From the NCBI GenBank assembly GCA_964543115.1, contig CAZIXI010000002.1, positions 1 to 39,870 of the forward strand: DNA of 39,870 nucleotides, in the 5' to 3' direction. The notes under the pieces are model-generated. The model was given only the letters and a program-made list of their open reading frames with translations. It was not told the origin of the DNA and ran no database searches. Both the position numbers and the translations under genes were made by a program. This DNA is from an uncultured bacterium (lineage in GTDB: Bacteria; Auribacterota; CAZIXI01). Shown here in pieces: positions 1 through 7,266 of this stretch. Positions within the stretch are counted from its first letter, which is position 1. Each line of letters begins with the position of its first letter.

Positions 1-519
1 AATAAAGGCCAGGAAAGGATAGGTAAGGGCGGAACTGTAACCAATGGCGATTTTGGCCATAATGGTAGAGATGGCCAGGGTCAAGGCGCGGATCAGGCCG
101 TAGATATATAGTTTACGCTGCAGCTGATAGAAAATGAATCCGCCGCTAACCACAAAGACAACGCCAAAAACTAAAAAAAGGTTTACCTCTTCCGGTAGTA
201 TCTGGGGGGCGATTATCAGGGTGAACAGCGGAGAGGTGTTGGATAGACTGAAGGTAGAATAATAATCTTTTCTTATGCCGGCTGCCTGGGCGTAGATGCC
301 GATCATTTCCAGGATCCCGGCGCCGAGGACCAGCAGCCAGAATATGGGATTAGCGGGAGATTTATAGGTATAGATAAATATGGGAAACAGCCAACAGGCG
401 GTAAGGCCGCGAAACAGCATGGTAAACTGGTAAGGAGAGAATTTTGCCAGTTGGTTCTTGCTGAGGGCCGTCCAGAGGGCGTTGAAGAAGGCAGCTGTTA
501 TTGTCAAAGGAATCCACAT
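1..519 (-). CDS. EamA/DMT-superfamily-like integral membrane transporter, partial (N-terminus in window, C-terminal part runs off the left edge)
   Basis: Absent from the supplied track because no stop codon lies in the window. Hand translation of the minus strand from ATG (519-517) is open for all 173 codons: MWIPLTITAAFFNALWTALSKNQLAKFSPYQFTMLFRGLTACWLFPIFIYTYKSPANPIFWLLVLGAGILEMIGIYAQAAG... The consecutive hydrophobic helices resemble EamA repeats. The family call is from recollection only. Confidence 0.5.
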   Translation of the reverse strand, partial: MWIPLTITAAFFNALWTALSKNQLAKFSPYQFTMLFRGLTACWLFPIFIYTYKSPANPIFWLLVLGAGILEMIGIYAQAAGIRKDYYSTFSLSNTSPLFTLIIAPQILPEEVNLFLVFGVVFVVSGGFIFYQLQRKLYIYGLIRALTLAISTIMAKIAIGYSSALTYPFLAFI

Positions 520-543
520 AAATATATATTAACAAAAAAGGGG

Positions 544-571
544 TTGCTATACTAGACTGTTTTGGTATGAT
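544..571 (+). promoter_or_regulatory. sigma70-like promoter candidate upstream of hflKC (TTGCTA - 16 nt - TATGAT, with TG two nt upstream of the -10)
   Basis: TTGCTA lies at 544-549 and TATGAT at 566-571, with a 16-nt spacer ending in tgg. It faces hflK, about 100 nt upstream of its ATG. Confidence 0.35.
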
Positions 572-593
572 ATGCAGGATTAAATACTGAAAT

Positions 594-634
594 CGCGGAA
601 CTTACGCGGAACTATACGCGGAACTGACGCGGAA
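594..634 (+). repeat. Four tandem copies of CGCGGAA(C) spaced 11/12/11 bp
   Basis: Read directly: CGCGGAA occurs at 594-600, 605-611, 617-623 and 628-634 (aatCGCGGAACttaCGCGGAACtataCGCGGAACtgaCGCGGAAaatg). The array sits in the EamA/hflK divergent intergenic region. Confidence 0.85.
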
Positions 635-645
635 AATGTTTTGCT
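630..645 (+). promoter_or_regulatory. sigma54-type -24/-12 candidate (cGGaaaatgttTTGCt)
   Basis: GG at 631-632 and GC at 643-644 are separated by exactly 10 nt, and the -12 region reads TTGCT. The GG is supplied by the last CGCGGAA repeat. The element lies about 30 nt upstream of the hflK ATG. Confidence 0.25.
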
Positions 646-675
646 TGGGTCTAGTAGTTAAAGGGAGGTATTTAG

Positions 676-1659
676 ATGGATTATGATGATTTGGGGAATC
701 TGATGGACCTGAAGGATAAATGGGTGCAGATGAGAAGGTTTATCTGGTTGATTGTTGTTGCTGTAATCCTGCTTATTTTGGGATTCAGTACATTCTACAC
801 TGTCGAACCGGATGAACGGGGGATCGTGCAGCGGTTTGGTAAGTATGTGCGCAGTACCGGGCCGGGGCTGCATTTTAAACTGCCGGCCGGGATTGAAAAG
901 GTGACGAAGGTTAAGGTGGAGTATGTTTTTAAAGAAGAGTTCGGTTTTCAGACGGAAAAGGCCGGGGTGAGGACAAGATATTCCTCCAGAAGTTTTGAAG
1001 ATGAATCACAGATGCTTACCGGAGACCTTAATATCGCCGCGGTGGAATGGGTGGTGCAGTTTAAGGTTACCGATCCCTATAAGATGCTCTTTAAGGTGCG
1101 TAACCCGGTAAAGATTATCAGGGATATCAGTGAAGCGGTAATGCGGCAGGTTATCGGGGATCGATCAATTACCGATGTATTAACCGTGGGCCGGATTGAG
1201 ATTGGTAATACCGCTAAACAAAATATGCAGGCTGTTCTGGATAGTTATGATACGGGCATTCACGTGGTAACGATTAAATTGCAGGATGTTAATCCGCCCG
1301 ATCCGGTAAAGCCCGCTTTTAATGAGGTTAATGAAGCGAAACAGGAAAGGGAAAAGGTGATTAATCAGGCCTGGGAGAATTATAATCATAAAATTCCCCG
1401 GGCTAAAGGTGAGGCGGAAAAGGTGATCCGGGAGGCTGAGGGATATGCCTTGAAAAGGGTTAATCGCGCTCAGGGTGATGCCCAGAGGTTTTTAAGTATG
1501 TATCAGGAGTATAAACTGGCAGAAGATGTTACCCGTAGACGGTTGTATCTGGAGACTATGGGTGAGATACTTCCCAAGGTGGGGAAAAAGTATATTGTTG
1601 ATCCAAAACAGGAATCTGTACTTCCCCTGCTGAAACTCGATAAGGAGGTGTCTCAATGA
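676..1659 (+). CDS. hflK: FtsH protease modulator HflK (SPFH/band-7 domain membrane protein)
   Basis: 327-aa ORF. SD GGGAGG at 663-668 lies 7 nt before the ATG. There is an N-terminal TM helix, then an SPFH-type core (YTVEPDERGIVQRFGKY...LTGDLNI...) and a coiled-coil tail. It is paired with hflC through an ATGA overlap. Confidence 0.9.
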   Translation: MDYDDLGNLMDLKDKWVQMRRFIWLIVVAVILLILGFSTFYTVEPDERGIVQRFGKYVRSTGPGLHFKLPAGIEKVTKVKVEYVFKEEFGFQTEKAGVRTRYSSRSFEDESQMLTGDLNIAAVEWVVQFKVTDPYKMLFKVRNPVKIIRDISEAVMRQVIGDRSITDVLTVGRIEIGNTAKQNMQAVLDSYDTGIHVVTIKLQDVNPPDPVKPAFNEVNEAKQEREKVINQAWENYNHKIPRAKGEAEKVIREAEGYALKRVNRAQGDAQRFLSMYQEYKLAEDVTRRRLYLETMGEILPKVGKKYIVDPKQESVLPLLKLDKEVSQ

Positions 1660-2603
1660 AAGTTCTAAACATAATAATCGGAATAGTTGTATTGGTGTTA
1701 TTATTGGTAATCAGCGGCGCTTTATATACTGTTGATGAGTCACAGCAGGTTGTGCTTACGCAGTTCGGTAAACCTGTGGGTGATCCGATTACTTCTCCCG
1801 GCCTTAAGTTTAAGATGCCTTTTATCCAGAAGGCGCATCGTTTTGAGAAGCGGCTGCTGGATTGGGATGGGAATCCAAATCAGATACCGACTAAGGATAA
1901 GAAATATATCTGGGTGGATACAACCGCGCGCTGGCGGATTAAGGACGCGCTTAAATTCATGCAGTCGGTAAATAACGAGACGATGGCCCAGGCCAGGCTG
2001 GATGATATTATTGACGCGGCTACCAGGGATTATATTACCGCTAATAATTTGATCGAGGTAGTACGTAATTCCAATCAATTGCTGGAAAAAGAAGAGATAA
2101 TCGAAGAAGAATTGATTGCCCAGACCGCGGAGGCCCTGGAAAGGGTTAATATCGGCCGGGCAAAGCTTACACAGGCAATTTTGGATAATGCCGCCAATAC
2201 GGTTCCGCAATACGGGATTGAACTGGTTGATGTGAAGATTAAGCGGATTAATTATGTTGAAGAAGTGCGGCGCAAGGTTTATGACCGGATGATTGCCGAA
2301 CGGAAACGGGCGGCTGAACAGTATCGTTCCGAAGGCCAGGGGAAAAAGGCGGAGATTGAAGGGTTAATGGAAAAGGAACTCAAGACGATAAGTTCAGGGG
2401 CCTACAAGACAGCGCAGGAAGTTAAAGGTGAGGCGGATGCCGAGGCGATTTCAATCTATGCCGATGCCTATGGTAAGGATCCTAATTTCTATTCGTTCCT
2501 GAAAACACTGGAAACATATAAAGAGACCGTAGACAAAGATACCATGCTCATTTTATCTACGGAAGGGGATTATTACCGCTACTTGACCGGAGAAAAGTAC
2601 TAA
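1656..2603 (+). CDS. hflC: FtsH protease modulator HflC (SPFH/band-7 domain membrane protein)
   Basis: 315-aa ORF whose start overlaps the hflK stop (ATGA). An N-terminal TM helix is followed by YTVDESQQVVLTQFGKPV, typical of HflC. Confidence 0.9.
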   Translation: MKVLNIIIGIVVLVLLLVISGALYTVDESQQVVLTQFGKPVGDPITSPGLKFKMPFIQKAHRFEKRLLDWDGNPNQIPTKDKKYIWVDTTARWRIKDALKFMQSVNNETMAQARLDDIIDAATRDYITANNLIEVVRNSNQLLEKEEIIEEELIAQTAEALERVNIGRAKLTQAILDNAANTVPQYGIELVDVKIKRINYVEEVRRKVYDRMIAERKRAAEQYRSEGQGKKAEIEGLMEKELKTISSGAYKTAQEVKGEADAEAISIYADAYGKDPNFYSFLKTLETYKETVDKDTMLILSTEGDYYRYLTGEKY

Positions 2604-2626
2604 CGATAGTGGTTAATTAAAAAAAT

Positions 2627-2663
2627 ACACACCGGGAGTGACATTGTCGTACTCCCGGTGTGT
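2627..2663. terminator. Perfect 13-bp stem hairpin after hflC, with the U-run only on the minus-strand side
   Basis: ACACACCGGGAGT (2627-2639) pairs with ACTCCCGGTGTGT (2651-2663). An A7 run (2619-2625) precedes it on the + strand, which gives hairpin + U7 when read on the minus strand. No T-run follows it on the + strand. Confidence 0.6.
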
Positions 2664-2743
2664 GAGAAGTTGAATGAACAGTTTTTCATTTGTATACCTC
2701 CTCTTTTTGTTTTTCTCTCCTACCGCAAAATCCGGGTTTATCG

Positions 2744-2772
2744 TTGACAACGGGCGGCTTTTGGTATATAGT
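2744..2772 (+). promoter_or_regulatory. sigma70-like promoter candidate for the ybaK-like/hsp20/M50 operon
   Basis: TTGACA lies at 2744-2749. It is followed by either a 15-nt spacer + TGgTATATA (extended -10) or a 17-nt spacer + TATAGT. It sits about 40 nt upstream of the ATG at 2810 (SD AAGGAGG). Confidence 0.4.
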
Positions 2773-2809
2773 TCTTAGTCAATAACTTATTTTTAAAAAG
2801 GAGGTCGAT

Positions 2810-3310
2810 ATGGCTGTGGTAAAGCAGTTGAGGGGCTTCTTGAATAAGCATAAGGTTAAGTATAAGGTTAAGAGACACGCGGAGGCGTTTACGGCTCAGG
2901 AAGTGGCGGCTTCCGAGCATGTGCCGGGCAGGTTTCTGGCCAAGACGGTTGTCATGAAGCTGGATGGTAAGCTTGGTCTGGCAGTGTTGCCCGCCCATCT
3001 ATTGGTTGATCTGGAGAGGTTTAAAAAACTGGCCCGGGCGAAAAAGGTGGAATTGGCGAAAGAAGGAGAATTCCAGGATCTGTTTCCCGGGTGTGATGTG
3101 GGAGCGATGCCGCCTTTCGGTAGTTTATATGACCTGAAGGTGGTAGTGGATAAGAGTCTGACGGAAGATGAATATATTGTTTTTAATGCCGGTACGCATA
3201 AAGATACGGTACAAATGAGCTATAAGGATTTCGCGAAATTAGAAAAACCCATGGTAGCTGATTTTGGCCGGCTGCCGGCCACCAGCGGCAGAGGTGTAGG
3301 AAAGCGATGA
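2810..3310 (+). CDS. YbaK/EbsC-type aminoacyl-tRNA deacylase domain protein
   Basis: 166-aa ORF with a strong SD. Sequence ...FTAQEVAASEHVPGRFLAKTVVMKLDGKLGLAVLPA...GCDVGAMPPFGSLYD...VFNAGTH... matches my recollection of the YbaK/ProX deacylase fold signature. Confidence 0.7.
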   Translation: MAVVKQLRGFLNKHKVKYKVKRHAEAFTAQEVAASEHVPGRFLAKTVVMKLDGKLGLAVLPAHLLVDLERFKKLARAKKVELAKEGEFQDLFPGCDVGAMPPFGSLYDLKVVVDKSLTEDEYIVFNAGTHKDTVQMSYKDFAKLEKPMVADFGRLPATSGRGVGKR

Positions 3311-3942
3311 CGGAAACGAAACAGAGAAGTGAGCTGATTCACCGGATTTTAATTATCCTGGTCATTGTTCTGGCAGTGGCCTTATTTCTGGAGTGGCGGG
3401 TGGTCCGGAATAGGTGGGTGGAAGAGGAACTCTCAGTAGAACCGGTGACGGAAACCTTAGTGGTTCATTCTCCTGATGAAATTGACTGGGGCCGGGAAGA
3501 GGCCGCTGAAGAATTAGACAGGATCTGGCAGCGGTTGGAGCATTGGTTTGACCGGGTAGCTGAAAGTGAAGGGATTTCCCGTGGTGATTCGGTCGGGTCC
3601 CCGGGGGTGTTTGAACCGGATATTGATCTGGTGGAGAACGAAGAAGAATATGTTGTTAGTTGTGATCTGCCCGGTGTGGATAAAAATAAGATTGATGTTG
3701 AAGTGCGGGGTAATTTGTTGACTGTTACGGGCAGCCGGGAAGTGCTGAAGGAAAAAGTGAGCGGGCAGCGGCATTATTATCGGGAGCGGCGAAGCGGTTC
3801 TTTTGCCCGGACGGTTATTCTGCCGGGGTTGGTGGACCAACAGGGTATGCGGGCAGATTATAATGACGGGATCTTAACAATCAGGCTGCCCAAGGCCAAA
3901 TCTCCCCGCCAAGATCCGGCAAAGAAGGTACAGGTAATATAG
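3307..3942 (+). CDS. Hsp20/alpha-crystallin small heat-shock protein with N-terminal transmembrane anchor
   Basis: 211-aa ORF with an ATGA overlap to the upstream gene. It has a TM-like segment (LIHRILIILVIVLAVALFLEW), an acidic linker and a canonical ACD (EEYVVSCDLPGVDKNKIDVEV...LLTVTG...GSFARTVILPG...DGILTIRLPK). Confidence 0.85.
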   Translation: MTETKQRSELIHRILIILVIVLAVALFLEWRVVRNRWVEEELSVEPVTETLVVHSPDEIDWGREEAAEELDRIWQRLEHWFDRVAESEGISRGDSVGSPGVFEPDIDLVENEEEYVVSCDLPGVDKNKIDVEVRGNLLTVTGSREVLKEKVSGQRHYYRERRSGSFARTVILPGLVDQQGMRADYNDGILTIRLPKAKSPRQDPAKKVQVI

Positions 3943-3946
3943 GAAT

Positions 3947-5074
3947 ATGAGAAATGGTGTTAGGTTATTTAAGGTTTTCGGGATTGATATTTCACTGGAT
4001 TTTTCCTGGTTTATCATTTTCTTTCTGGTAACGATGAGTCTATCCAGGGGTTATTTTCCGCTGAAATATCCTTTCTTCAGTACTGGTACCTATTGGCTCA
4101 TGGGGATTATTTCGTCTTTATTGCTCTTTGTTACTGTACTGATGCATGAACTTTCCCATTCTCTGGTTGCTAATCATAATGGACTTAATATTAGAGGGAT
4201 CAAATTGTTTGTGTTCGGTGGCGTGGCCCAGTTAGGGCGGGAGCCGCAGAGTGCCCGGGTGGAGTTTGATGTGGCGATAGCCGGGCCGATATGCAGTTTC
4301 GCGCTGCATTTTATTTTTAAGGGTATGGCCACGGGTTTTGCTTCGATAAATCCCGCCGGCTATCATAGCCCGTTAGTGGCAACATTAGGTTATCTGGCTT
4401 TTATTAACGCGTTTCTGGCGATCATTAATCTTATTCCCGCATATCCCCTGGACGGGGGGAGGGTGCTGCGCGCCTTTCTTTGGTCCCGCACGGGTAATTT
4501 ACGCAAGGCAACGGCGGTGGCCAGCGGTGTGGGTAAATTTTTCGCGTTGTTTTTGATTTTTATGGGGTTTTTGGAGGTTATCAAGGGTAATTTTTATGGG
4601 CTCTGGTGGGTGTTTATTGGAATGTTCCTCTATAGTGCCGCTAAAATGGGTTATGAACATGTATTGATAAAGGATACCCTGGCCGGTTCACTGGTCAGGG
4701 ATGTAATGACCACTAAGGTAGTGGCGGTAGATGGAGATTTAACCCTGGATAAGGTTGTTGAGGATTTTTTCTTCCGGCATCATCACAGTAGTTTTCCGGT
4801 TATAAGCGGGAATAAATTGAAGGGGATGCTTACCCTGATCCGGATTAAGGAAATTCCCCGGGAGCAGTGGGCGCAGTCAAGGGCGGCTGATTGTGCTCTG
4901 CCGATTGATCCGCATACAATTATTACTCCCCGGGAACGAACTGAAAATGTACTGGCCCGGCTGGCGGAATATGAACTTGGCCGCCTGCTGGTTATGGATA
5001 AAGGGAAACTTGTAGGGATTGTGACCCGGCAGGATGTAATGAAGCTACTTAAGCTTAAGATGAATTTAGGATAA
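3947..5074 (+). CDS. M50-family site-2 metalloprotease with C-terminal CBS pair
   Basis: 375-aa ORF. It carries the HExxH motif (HELSHSL), the second S2P motif (NLIPAYPLDGGRV), multiple TM helices, and two CBS-like repeats (VRDVMTTKVVAV..., ...GIVTRQDVMK). Confidence 0.85.
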   Translation: MRNGVRLFKVFGIDISLDFSWFIIFFLVTMSLSRGYFPLKYPFFSTGTYWLMGIISSLLLFVTVLMHELSHSLVANHNGLNIRGIKLFVFGGVAQLGREPQSARVEFDVAIAGPICSFALHFIFKGMATGFASINPAGYHSPLVATLGYLAFINAFLAIINLIPAYPLDGGRVLRAFLWSRTGNLRKATAVASGVGKFFALFLIFMGFLEVIKGNFYGLWWVFIGMFLYSAAKMGYEHVLIKDTLAGSLVRDVMTTKVVAVDGDLTLDKVVEDFFFRHHHSSFPVISGNKLKGMLTLIRIKEIPREQWAQSRAADCALPIDPHTIITPRERTENVLARLAEYELGRLLVMDKGKLVGIVTRQDVMKLLKLKMNLG

Positions 5075-5090
5075 CAGGGAGGGATGTTGT

Positions 5091-5405
5091 ATGCAAAAAG
5101 AAATTAAGGCGGATTTTAGTAGTTTGGTGAGCAGTTTCTATATTGCCAGTTGGCAGCAGATGGGTAAAATGGCCAGCCCGGTGACCGGTAAATTAGAGCG
5201 TAATCTTGAACAGGCTAAATACAGTATTGATATGTTGGTAATGCTGAGAGAAAAGACCAAGGGGAATCTGACCAAGGAAGAAAATTCGCTTATGGATCAG
5301 ACCATAGCTAATTTGCAGATGAATTATGTAGATGAATCAAAGAAACCCGCGGAAGAGCTGTCTGCGGACAAGGCAGAGGATAAAGAGGATAAAGAGAAGG
5401 AATAA
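5091..5405 (+). CDS. DUF1844-like small protein
   Basis: 104-aa ORF. FSSLVSSFYIASWQQMGKM.SPVTGK...NLEQAKYSIDMLVMLREKTKGNLT resembles the DUF1844 consensus as I recall it. It has an acidic/lysine-rich tail. Confidence 0.55.
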   Translation: MQKEIKADFSSLVSSFYIASWQQMGKMASPVTGKLERNLEQAKYSIDMLVMLREKTKGNLTKEENSLMDQTIANLQMNYVDESKKPAEELSADKAEDKEDKEKE

Positions 5406-5419
5406 GGAGAAACAATTCA

Positions 5420-5917
5420 ATGAGTAGATTGCCGAAAGATGTCAAAGCTGAGGTTATTGCCGAGGCGATTGATTCAGCAGTGAAGATTGCTAAAATCATT
5501 GAGAAGGATAGCCGTTATGACGCTGAGGCTTATGGTTTTGTGCTTTCTTCTTTGCATTTTCTCCTTGTAAAAAAAAGGAAACGCCGTCATGTAAGCGGAC
5601 AGGAACTTTTAGAGGGGATCCGCCAGTATGGTTTGCGTCAATTCGGGCCGATGACCAGAACGGTGCTCGGGTATTGGGGGATTAAGAGTACTGCGGATTT
5701 TGGTGAAATCGTTTTTAACCTGGTGAAATTCGGGTTGATGAGAAAAAGTTCGGAAGACAGCAAGGATGATTTTAATAATGTTTACGATTTCAAAAAGGCT
5801 TTTGACAGGCCTTACCGCCTGTCACACAATCCGAGAATATCCGCATTAAAGAAATATCCGGCGCAGCGAAGCCGCAACCAAACAAAAAGAAGAAGACGTA
5901 AAGATAGGCTCAAATAG
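5420..5917 (+). CDS. Minf_1886/TIGR04138-like conserved hypothetical protein with basic tail
   Basis: 165-aa ORF. YDAEAYGFVLSSLHF...RHVSGQELLEGIRQYGLRQFGPMTRTVLGYWGI.STADFGEIVFNLV resembles the TIGR04138 family from recollection. The C-terminus is Arg/Lys-rich. Confidence 0.45.
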   Translation: MSRLPKDVKAEVIAEAIDSAVKIAKIIEKDSRYDAEAYGFVLSSLHFLLVKKRKRRHVSGQELLEGIRQYGLRQFGPMTRTVLGYWGIKSTADFGEIVFNLVKFGLMRKSSEDSKDDFNNVYDFKKAFDRPYRLSHNPRISALKKYPAQRSRNQTKRRRRKDRLK

Positions 5918-5944
5918 TCGAAAAAATCCCGCCGTAAAAAAAAG

Positions 5945-6385
5945 CTAAGGTTTCAGCTTGGCTGCTACCGCCTGCTGTACGGCCTTGCCGTTTACCTGAG
6001 AGCCATATTTACTCATAACGGTTTTCATAACCAGACCCATATCTTTTGCTGTGCTGGCGCCTAGTTCGGTAATGGTGGCGGTGATAACCTTTTCTAATTC
6101 TTCCGGGGATAGTTGTTGGGGGAGGTAGGCTTCTAAAACCTTTATTTCTGCCTGTGTTTTTGTAACAAGATCCTGACGGTTTCCCTGCTGGAATAATTTC
6201 AGTGCCTCCTGCCGGGATTTCAGGCCGCGTTTGATTATTTTTGTAATGTCTTCTTCTGTCAGTTCCTTCCTTTTGTCTATCTGTTCTTTCTTGATTTCAC
6301 TCAGTATCAGCCGTAAAGTTTCTTTTTTAATTTCAGCTTTATCTTTCATTGCCTGCATCATTTCTTTTCTGATCCTTTCCTGCAT
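5945..6385 (-). CDS. yqeY: GatB/YqeY domain protein
   Basis: 146-aa ORF. SD AAAGGAG lies 6 nt before the ATG. Sequence ...MKDKAEIKKETLRLILSEIKK...EALKLFQQGNRQDLV.K.QAEIKVLEAYLPQQLS.EEL... is typical YqeY. Confidence 0.85.
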   Translation of the reverse strand: MQERIRKEMMQAMKDKAEIKKETLRLILSEIKKEQIDKRKELTEEDITKIIKRGLKSRQEALKLFQQGNRQDLVTKTQAEIKVLEAYLPQQLSPEELEKVITATITELGASTAKDMGLVMKTVMSKYGSQVNGKAVQQAVAAKLKP

Positions 6386-6408
6386 TTTACACTCCTTTCT
6401 CTAACTGA

Positions 6409-7098
6409 CTATTTAACCCGCCCTACCGGCATTATATAAAGCGGTTCCTCTTTTTGGGGTAATTTTAGGGCATTTTTCACCTGTTCATCTTGAAAGGCCC
6501 CCACGGCAACAGTGCCCAGGCCCAGTGCCTGTGCCTGGAGGTAAATGTTCTGGCCGGCGTGGCCCATATCCATATAGATATATCTTTCGCCCCGCTCTCC
6601 GTAACGGCTGGTAGTACGGGTAAAAATACCGGTGAAGACGATGCTTAAGGGTGCTTGTTTAATCATCGATTGGCCCCAGGCAGCTTTGGCCAGAGCGCCG
6701 CGCAGGTCACCAGCAAGTTCCAGTTGTAATTGATTGTTTTGCCACTGGTAGCGGTAGAGACCCGGTGCCAAGCCTTTAACGTTTCCGGCAACAAGATATA
6801 TTTCCAGCGGATAACATGCTCCGGCAGAAGGATATGTGCGGGAGGCGCCGGTTATTCCGTCACAGCTTTGGCCGCCGGCCGCCCAGAGGAGTTGGCCGGC
6901 TTCGGCTAATGTAAGTGGTGCGGCAGTATAGTTGCGGATTGATTTTCTGTGCTCGATTGTTTCTTCCAGGGACATTTTCCCCTTGGTTCTTGGTTCAGGT
7001 AAATTAATGATTTTGGCTGATTCTTGCGGGAAACTACTATTCATATTGAATAACAATATAATTATTGTAAGGAACAAAACTATAGTTCTAGTAAGCAT
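6409..7098 (-). CDS. SagB/ThcOx-type nitroreductase-fold dehydrogenase with N-terminal hydrophobic anchor
   Basis: 229-aa ORF. HRKSIRNY...LLWAA.G..........RTYPSAGA.YPLEIYLV... and a C-terminal ...GAFQDEQV...L are typical of the SagB-like nitroreductase subfamily. The N-terminal 20 aa are hydrophobic. Confidence 0.7.
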   Translation of the reverse strand: MLTRTIVLFLTIIILLFNMNSSFPQESAKIINLPEPRTKGKMSLEETIEHRKSIRNYTAAPLTLAEAGQLLWAAGGQSCDGITGASRTYPSAGACYPLEIYLVAGNVKGLAPGLYRYQWQNNQLQLELAGDLRGALAKAAWGQSMIKQAPLSIVFTGIFTRTTSRYGERGERYIYMDMGHAGQNIYLQAQALGLGTVAVGAFQDEQVKNALKLPQKEEPLYIMPVGRVK

Positions 7099-7266
7099 AT
7101 TTTATATTATATCATAAAACAGGAAAAATACCACAAGAGTGTACAAATAGTAATGCCTTTTTGATTTTAGGAAGCATAACTGCTGTGACCATTAGCCGGT
7201 GTTTTGCCGCAGGGCATAGGTGAGGGGACGAAATAAGAAAGGATTAAGGCAGATTTATCGAATTAA

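Noticed and set aside
1740-2210. Antisense or alternative-frame ORFs inside well-supported genes (1740-2210, 13992-14756, 15218-15583, 17626-17997, 18265-18624, 24760-25206, 27350-27661, 31114-31452, 37294-37686, 37814-38146 and similar)
   Set aside because: Each lies within a CDS with strong family motifs on the other strand or frame. Their translations are low-complexity or Arg/Leu/Ser-rich, as expected for antisense frames, and none has a start context.
5569-5577. A9 homopolymer inside the Minf_1886-like CDS as a programmed frameshift or phase-variation site
   Set aside because: It encodes VKKRK in the open frame that continues with conserved sequence, and no alternative-frame ORF continues from it.
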